Position numbers and translations under genes: made by a program
Shown here: piece after piece, positions 53,166 to 64,000 of the stretch
Numbering within the stretch: the stretch's first letter is position 1
Layout: every line of letters begins with the position of its first letter
The notes under the pieces: generated by a model
What the model saw: the letters and a program-made list of their open reading frames with translations, nothing else
The model's database searches: none
Told to the model about the DNA's origin: nothing
Assembly (NCBI RefSeq): GCF_009914755.1
Contig: NC_060942.1
Length of the DNA stretch: 64,000 nucleotides
Reading direction: 5' to 3' (one strand)
Source: the human T2T-CHM13v2.0 reference genome, Homo sapiens

Positions 53166-56061
53166 AATAACTCCTAAATCAAACAAATCCCATTATTTTT
53201 CTAAACTTCAAGTTGAGTTGAACCCAATTAATAACGTTTTATTGACCAATACATGAAGCCAAAGCACTTTTTGGGGGTTTTTTTAGTACTTTTAATTTTA
53301 AATGTGCAATAAATTCACTCATGCTTTTTGTAAACATTTGAATGGTATTTACAAAATTTCGACATGCTTCCATTAACATGCTAAAATATATTGTGCATAC
53401 CAGAAAGGTACGATACGGTTTCTGCCTTCAAGAACTTACAGCCAAATTTGAAAACTAGATTTAGGTAGGATATACAACATTAGGAAAGTTTTAACATCTA
53501 TAAATTAATATACACAGTTATTCAAACCACAGTTCGTTTTAAAAAATCAAAACAAAACTAAACCCAACTAATTTATCATTCAATCCAAATTCCTACATCT
53601 ATTTGCTTAGTTTATAATTATTTTGTATTACTGCTTTTTAATTTGTTAGACTTTATTTTTTAGAGCAGTTTTTCTTCACAACAAAATTGAGCAGAAGGAA
53701 CACAGATTTGTTATATACCACTTCTTCCACCAGAGTGGTACATTTGTTACAATTGATGAACCTACAATGACATATCCTTGTCACCCAAAGTCCGTAATTT
53801 ACGTCTGGGTTCACTCTTGGTGTTGTGCATTCTATGGGTTTGAAAAATGTACAATGACATGTATCCACCATTACAGTATAATATAGAGTAGTTTCACTGT
53901 CCTATATAAGTCTTCTGTGTTCTACCTATTCATCCGCCTCTTCCCCCAATCCCTGGCAACCATTGATCTTTTTACTGTCTCCATAGTTTTAGTCTTTTCC
54001 AGAATGTCTTATAGTGAAAATCATACAGTATGTAGCCTTTTCAGATAGGCTTCTTTCACTTAGTTATATACATTTTAGGTTCCTCCATGCCATTCATGGC
54101 TTGATAACTCATTTCTTTTTAGCACTGAGTAATATTCCATTGTCTGGATATACCATAGTTAATTCATCCATTTACCTATTGAAGGACATCTTAGTTGCTT
54201 CCAAGTTTTGGCAATTATGAATAAAGCTGTTATAATAAACATCTGCATGCCAGTTTTTGTGTGGCATGTTTTCACCTCACTTGGGTAAATACAAAGGAGC
54301 ATGACTGTTGGATTGTATGGTAAGACTACGTTTACTTGTGTAAGAAACTGCCAAACTGTCTTCCAAAGTGGCTGTAACCCTTTTGCATTCCCAGGAGCAA
54401 TGAATAAGAAATCTTATTCCGTCACATCCTTACCAGTATTTGATGTTGTTAGTGTTCTGGATCTGGGCTATTCTAAGATTCGTGTAATGGTATTTTACTG
54501 TTGTTTTAATTTGCATTTCCCTGAGGATAAAAGGTGGATCATATTTTCATGCTTATTTACATCATATGCATATTTGGTGAGGTGACTGTTAAGGTCTTTG
54601 GGTCATTTTTTAAAATCAGTTTGGTTTTTCTTATTGTTCAGTTTTAAAAGTCCTGTGCAAGTTTTGGATAAGAGTCCTTTATCAGATATGTCTTTTGCAA
54701 AAATTTTTCCCCAGTCTGTGCCTGTCGTTTTATTCTGTTGAAGGTATCTCTCTCCTAGCAGAAATTTTTCATTTTAATAAAGTCTAGTCAATTATTTATT
54801 TCATGGACCATCCTGTTGGTGCCATTAATGTCATATCTAAAAAGTCATCACCAAACCCAGGTCATACAGATTATCTTCTAGGAGCTTTATAGTTTCCCAT
54901 TTCACTTTGTCTATGATCCATTTTGAGTTAATTTTTGTGAGGGGTATAGGATTGTGTCTGGATTCTCCCTTTTTTTTTTTTTTTTTTTTTTTTTTGCATG
55001 TAGATGTCCAGTTGCTCCAACACCATTTGCTGAAAAGACTATCTTTTCATGGTCAAACCACCTTTACTCCTTTGTCAAAGATCAGTCAACTATATTTATG
55101 TGGGTCAATTTCTGGTTTCTCTATTCTGTTCCATTGCTGTATTTGTCTATTCTTTTGCTAATTTGTCCATTCTGTCTTGATTACTGTAACTTCATAGCAA
55201 GTTTTGGTCAGGTAGTGTCAGCCCTCCAACTTTGATCTTCTCCTTCAATGTTATGTTGGCTATTATGAGTCTTGTCTCTCCAAATAAAGTTAGAATCAGT
55301 TTGATAACATCCACAAAATAACTTTCTGGGATTTTGATTGGGATTGAATTCAATCTGTATATCAAATTGAGAAAAACTGATGTCTTGACAACATTGAATC
55401 TTCTATACATGAGCATGGAATATCTTTCCATTTATTTAGTTCTTTGATTTTTTTCAGAGTTTTATAGTTCTCCTCATATCTTATACCTATTTTGTTAGAT
55501 TTATACCTAAGTATTTTTTGGAGGTGCTAATATAAATGGTATTATGTTTTTAATTTCAAATTCCATTTGTTCATTGCTGGAAAGTGATTAACTTTTGTAT
55601 ATTAGCCTTGTGTCCTGCAACCTTTCTGTAATCTCTTATTAGTTCCAGGATTTTTTGTCAATTCTTTTGAATTATCTACATAGACATTTATATCGTATGC
55701 CAAAAAGACAGTTTTATTTCTTCCTTTTCAATCATTACACATTTTCCTTCTTTTTCTTGTCTTATTGTACTACCTATGACTTCCAGAATGACACTGAAAA
55801 GCAGTGGTTAAGAGGGAACATCCTTATCTTGTTCATAGTCCTAGTGGAAAACCTTCTAGTTTCTCACTATTAAGTATGTTAACTGTAGGTTTTTTGCAGA
55901 TATTCTTGTATCAAGTTGAAGTAGTTCACCTCTATTCCTAGTTGACTGAGAATTTTTATCATGATTGATTCTTGCATTTTATCATATACTTTTTCTGCAT
56001 CTATCAAGATGATCATGTGATTTTTCTTCTTTAGCTATTGATGTGACGAATGACATTACAG

Positions 56062-56808
56062 CAATAGTCCCCCTGCCTTATTCAAGGGGCACACATTCCA
56101 AGACCCTCCAGTAGATGCTTGAAATTTTGAATAGTACCCAACCTTCTTGCTGTCAATTGGAACACATTTCTGTACATGTCTTCTGCTCACACACTTAATG
56201 TCTTTTCCATCTTATCTAGTGTTTATCATACACTGTGGCAATAACTTTTGCTGTTGAGATATGAGAGCAAAACTAGCACGTTTATTTTTCCTTCTTCACA
56301 ATCTCCTGGTTAGAAGATTCATTCTTACCATAGTTCTTAGCAACCTCAGCATACTTTTTTTTTCTTTCCTTATTAAGTCAAGAACGTTTACTTCTTCACT
56401 TCAACAAAGCACTCTACAGCAACTCTTTGGTGTATCCAAATTACCAGCATCACTACTCTTGTACTTTGGGGTCATTATTAAGTAAAATAAGGATTAATTG
56501 AACAAAAACACTGTGATATCTGATATCTGATATCACAATCTGATAACTGAGATGGCTACTAAGTGGATAATGGGCGGGTAGCATATACAGCATGAATATA
56601 TTGAACAAAGGGATGATTCATGTTCCAGGTGGGATACAGCAGAACAGTGTGAGATTTCTTCCTGCTACTCAGAATAGCACTCAATTTAAGATTTATGAGT
56701 TATTTCTGGAATTTTCCACGTAATATTTTCTAACCAGGGTTGAGCACAGGTAAGTGAAACTGAAGAAAGTGAAACTGAATTGTAGGAGGGTGCCGGGAGA
56801 GACTACTG
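56062..56808 (-). mobile_element. MER44/Tigger7-like Tc1-mariner DNA transposon relic
   Basis: Inverted termini caatagtcccc...gagactactg; internal ttatttctggaattttccac and gctactcagaa. Confidence 0.75.
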
Positions 56809-56950
56809 TGATTGATTTTTGAATGTTGTACCTGCCTTTTACACCTGAGATAAATCTCACTTGGTCATGTTGTATAATTCTTTTTATACATTATTGGATC
56901 CAATTAATTTTGTTTTAGAATCTATTGCTGCCTAAAGTCCTTTAAGCATA

Positions 56951-57762
<812 letters not shown>

Positions 57763-58863
57763 AAAAAGAAATGTTTAAGTCGTAATATGTAAGAGTTCTA
57801 TTGAATCCTACAATAGTACTAGATCTTTGTTTGTTTGTTTAAAAAGCAAAACTTTGCCTGGCTAAAGTCAACATGTCTTTTAAAAAGACTTCTATGCCAC
57901 CCTGGGAAGAATAATTTTTCAGATTTAGTCAGATTTTTAAGAGGACACATTAATTCCAGAGGAAATAATCCAGGAAAATTGGCATGTGCCATATCAGAGT
58001 AGATAGGAAAATGAACAGTTATCTCCATCAATCTTCAAATTTCAAAGCAAGTTTGCATCCTGGGATACTTGGTCACTAGATATTATCCTTTTTATGTATC
58101 GTTGGAATTGATTTGCTAAAGTTTTAAGAATTTTTTCATCTATGTCTATGATAGATATTGCTCTATGGCTTTCTTGTAATGTCTTTGTGTGGTTTTGGTA
58201 TCAGGACAATGTTGTTCTCACAGAATTAATTGAAACATATATCCTCTGCTTCAATTTTCTGAAAAACTCCATGTACAACTAGTATTATTTCTTCCTCAAA
58301 TGTTTCATAAAATTCATCAAAGCCTACAGGAGTATTCAGGTTATCTATTTCTTCTTGAGTGAGCTTTGGTAGTTTGTCTTTCAAAGAGTTTATCCATCTC
58401 ATCTATGTTTTCAAATTTATTACCATAAAGTTTGTCATAATATTCCCTTATTATATCTATCTATGTACCTATTCTTAATATCTGTGGAATCTGTACTTGT
58501 CATCTCTATCATTATGGGTATTGGCAATTCGTGTTTTCTTTTTTCCTCATCAGTTTGACTAGAGATTTATCAATTTTATTGATTTTCTCTAAGAATCTGG
58601 TGTGGTTTCATTTATTTTTCTCTTTTTGTTTATTTTCCATTTAATAGACTTTGCTCTTACCATTTTTTCCTTTTTCTGATTAGTTTTAATTTGCTTTTTT
58701 TTCCATTTTTATAAAAGAGAAGCTGAGGTCACTCATTTAAGATCTTCTTTATAGCATTTAGTGCTATAATTTCCCTCTAAGCACTGCTTTGACAGCATCC
58801 CACAAATTTCAATATGTTGTGCATTCATTTTTATTCAGTTCAAGTACGTTATTTCCTTTTTTG

Positions 58864-58894
<31 letters not shown>

Positions 58895-59439
58895 GGCCCA
58901 TAGGTCATTTAGAAGTAATTTAATTTCCAAATACTTAGAATTTTCCTGATAGCTCTTTTACTGAATTCTAATTCCACTGTTGACTGAAAACATACATTTT
59001 ATGATTTGAGTCTTTTTAAATTTATTGAGACTTATTTAACAGCCCATAATCTGATCAATGTAGGCAAATGTTGTGCATGCTTAAAGAGAATCTGTATCCT
59101 GCTGTTGTTGAGTCTAATATTATATAAACATTGTCATTATTTGATAGTGTTGTTCAAGTCTTCTATATCCTTACTGATGTTTTTCTACTTGTTCTATCAA
59201 TATGGAGACAGGTTGAAATTGTGGATTTGGCTATTTTTTTCTTTCAGTTCTATCAGTTTTTGTTTTATGAATTTCTGAAGTCTATTAGGCAAAAAAGATT
59301 TAGAAATGGTATGTCCCCTTGACAAATTGACCCATTTATAGAAATGACTCTTTATCCCCAGTAATATTCTTTGCGATCTATTTTGTTTGCTATAATTATA
59401 ACCACTACACCTTACTTTAGATTAGTGTTAGTATGGCAT

Positions 59440-59741
59440 CTTTTTTCTTTCTTCCTTCTTTTCTTTCTTCCTTTCTTTCTTTTGTTCATTCTTCTTTTTT
59501 GAGACAGGATTTCACTTTATCACCCAGGCTGGAGTGTAGTGATGCAAACGTAGCTCACTGCAGCCTCAAAATCCTGGGCTCAAGCAATCCTCTCGCCTCA
59601 GCATCCTGAGTTGCTAAAACTACAGGTACAAACCACCACACCTGGCTAATTTTTGTATTAAAAAAAATGGTAGAGACAGTTTTCACTATATTGTCCAGGC
59701 TAGTCTTGAACTCCTGGCTTCAAGCCATCCTCCTGCCTTGG
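59440..59741 (-). mobile_element. AluJ-type SINE with CT-rich tail
   Basis: agctcactgcagcctcaaaatcctgggctcaagcaatcctc diagnostic. Confidence 0.88.
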
Positions 59742-60511
59742 AGCACATTTTCATCAGTCTGTGGGTGCTCAATGGGTCCACTTTAGTGATTTAGGAGGAA
59801 GGAATGATATAACACTTTTTTTTTCCTTTAAAACACTGGTTGGGTGGTTTGCTTAGTGAGAAAACTGATATTAAGTTTGAGTGTTATAAATTTCCTTTAG
59901 TGAAGTCCAGTCAAACAGTATAGGAGAAAAGCTGTAAATGCTAAGAAAGCACTGAAAGACTTTAGCATTTAATTCTAGATGATGTATCCAAGCACCAGGA
60001 TAAGGCCTCACAATTCTACCCACACATTGCAAGCATCCAATATATCTGTCCCTGCAAGCCTTGACATTCTTTTAGCCCACAGCTGCTTTGGGTAGTGAGA
60101 TTTCTTGACTTGCCATGGCAAGGTTCCTTGTATTATGATATATAATGGAATGAATTATTTCAATGGATCCAATTGTATACTAATGCCATGTCTCACAAGG
60201 ACTGGTCAGAGTAAAGACAGTAAGAGAGCCTGCCGTGCAAACCATAATTGAATAGAGTGTTTCTTCACCATGTTGGGAAAAGGCTGTTAATTGGCTCATG
60301 TAACCTTTTCTAAGATTTGTTCATTGGATGCCAAAAAGGAAAACAGTGACATTCTGAGTCACCCTTATGTCAGGTATTAGATATTTATTCCTTGAGGAAA
60401 TAAATTTTTAACCAGAAATTACTTCCATTTTCATAACCAAGTCCCAACCCTGTAGAAAAAATTTATTCTCAAACCCAAAGTTTTTCTATTTTCATCAATA
60501 ATTTTAGGTTA

Positions 60512-61309
60512 GGGCAAAGGACGTGAACAGCCACTTCTCAAAAGAAGACATTTATGCGGCCAAAATATATATGAAAAAAAAGCTCAATAGCACCGAGCAT
60601 TAGAGAAATGCAAATCAAAACCACAGTGAGATACCATCTCATGCCAGTCAGAATGGTGATTATCAAAAAGTCAAGAAACAGATGCTGGTGAGGCTGTGGA
60701 GAAATAGGAATGCTTTTACAGTGTTGGTGTAAAATAGTTCAACCATTGTGGAAGACGGGGTGGCGATTCCTCAAAACCTAGAACCAGAAATACCATTTGA
60801 CCCAGCAACCCCATTACTGAGTATATACCCAAAGGAATAGAAATCATTCTATTATAAAGATACATGCATGCATATGTTCACTGCAGCACTATTCACAACA
60901 GCAAAGACATGGAATCAACCTAAATGCCCATCAATGATAGACTGAATAAAGAAAATGTGGTACATGTACACCATGGAATACTTTGCAGCCATAAAAAAGA
61001 ACCAGATCATGTCCTTTGCAGGGACATGGATGGTGCTTGAAGCCATTATCCTCAGCAAACTAATGCAGGAACAGAAAACAAACACCACATGTTCTCACTT
61101 ATAAGTGAGAGCTGAACAATGAGAACACATGGACACAGGGAGGATAACAACACACATTGGGGCCTGTCAGAGGCGGAGTGGGGGAGGGAGAGCATCAAGA
61201 TAATACCTAGGTGATGGGTTGGTAGGTGCAGCAAACCACCAAGGCACGTTTGCCTACGTAACAAACCTGCATGTCCTGCACATATATCCCAGAACTTAAA
61301 AGAAAAAAA
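60512..61309 (+). mobile_element. 5'-truncated L1PA (older, L1PA8-13-like)
   Basis: ORF2 C-terminal and 3'UTR sequence with A tail; TSD aataattttaggtta. Confidence 0.92.
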
Positions 61310-61321
61310 AATAATTTTAGG

Positions 61322-62448
<1,127 letters not shown>

Positions 62449-63257
62449 CTGTTAATAAGGAACTGCAAACCTTTCTACATGTTTTATAAATTAGATAATA
62501 ATCACTTAATTATTGAGTTTAATGGCACTTTGGTTCTGATGATTTAAAACTGGTTTTAATGTTTAACCACCAAACTGTTGAACTTTTTCATGGTTCTGAT
62601 TATTCCTCCACCTGAAATCAGTTAATCAATATGAAAATCAACTGTAATACCGGATGGCCAAGGGGCAGAGGTGCAATAATGGAAAGATGCTAAAGACATT
62701 TACATATTGATATCTAATGGCTGCATACAGCAAAAACACTGTAACACCTCTACAAATAACTACTATATATTGTCTGCCTATGAACCAGACACCGTGATAA
62801 GCATATTAATTCATTTAGTCCTCCTAACAATCCTATGAAGTAAATAAGGGAAAAAAGAGTATTCACGAAAGTAAAGAGTCACTTAAATAGACATTACAAA
62901 AATTGCACTGGGAACTATACCAACTATACTCAAATAGGGTCATCAAGAAGAGGTCATTAAAGGGACTATTTACAAGTGTGGGCAGATTTGAGAGAAGCTA
63001 TTAAGGAAGAATGTAGCACCTGTGAGGCTAGCCACAGCAAGAGCCCCAAGAGGAGGAGAGGTTACTGTGACCTGCAAAAGCCTCCTACAGATGTGGCCTC
63101 CATTAGAGGAATGTGGCCAAATGCCAGTGACCTCATAGGGAGAGAGCTGGGAAAATAAATGCCCAGACCACATTCTCCTCCCTCCCTCAGATTTCCTATT
63201 GATGCTCCCCACTGATCAAAACCAACTAGAGGCCACAAAGGAGCTTAATTTTGTAAT

Positions 63258-63442
63258 CTAGTGATTCTCAAAGGTTAGAATGCTTCTCAATCACTTGGCC
63301 AGTTTGTCGAAGCACAGATTCCTGGGTCCCACCCCCAGAGTTTATGATTCAAGAGGTCTGGGATGGGGCCTGAAAATGTGCACTTCCAGCAAGTCCCCAG
63401 GTGATACTGATTATCCAGGGGCCACATTTGGAAAACCACTGA
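63258..63442. mobile_element. MER5-type hAT relic
   Basis: tagtgattctcaaa...cagattcctgggtcccacccccagag..ggtctgggatggggcctg...ccacatttggaaaaccactg. Confidence 0.8.
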
Positions 63443-64000
63443 TTTAATTTAAAACAGGTCAGCCTCTCTAGACAGAAAGCAGGGTAGATAAGGGAGGAGT
63501 GTGCAATTGGAAGACATCCAGCACAGGAACAACAGAAGTGACATGAAAACAACAGACTTGCTTATCATCCAAACCACTGCCTCTGATGATTGCCCTTTTG
63601 TTCTTCTTTCCTCCCTTTGTGAATTCTAAAAGGTTTATTTCTTTGCCTTGGTGCAAGCAAAGAGAAGCATTAAGTATTTTCAAGATACCTCCCAAATAGC
63701 CCCTTTTAACAACTCCAAACTTCAGACAATGTCTAGTCTAAACTGCCTCTCACCAACCAGAACGGATGCCAGCAAGGAAGGTTTGACACACACAGCAGGA
63801 AAGAGCCGTGACTTTTCCTTTTACTACTATGTTCAAGAGCCTAGGATGCTTCGGAAAGGAAAATCTAGAAAACTGACAGTTTTGATGCTAAATCTATGGC
63901 AGGTGCTTATGAGTGTCTTGACTATAAAAATTAGGTTGGTTGGATCATCAATCAGGACTTGTAGTAGCTGAAATATAAGGTTGAACTGGATGGTCTCAGT

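Overview
Primate genomic DNA (human or close great ape, inferred from AluY-type and L1PA2-type insertions), dominated by interspersed repeats: L1, Alu, L2/MIR, ERV1/ERVL/MaLR LTRs and DNA-transposon relics. I find no intact protein-coding gene. The long ORFs in the track are L1 ORF2 pieces or LTR/Alu artefacts. The main signal is a decayed multi-exon gene on the + strand (about 5.0-23.2 kb, possibly to 29.2 kb). It shows AG/GT-bounded blocks that splice in consistent phase into protein-like sequence, broken by stops, frameshifts and at least four TE insertions. It is a candidate unitary pseudogene, and I cannot name its parent family. Other notable events: a 154-bp tandem duplication of one of its introns that creates a frame-preserving 45-nt mini-exon; an L1PA2-like copy with an apparent 3' transduction; a 218-bp L1-Alu junction copied 6.35 kb away; twin identical CTCF-like 17-mers; and possible minus-strand non-coding exons. 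Subfamily names are from recall of consensus sequences and need RepeatMasker/Dfam confirmation. Boundaries of old repeats are approximate.
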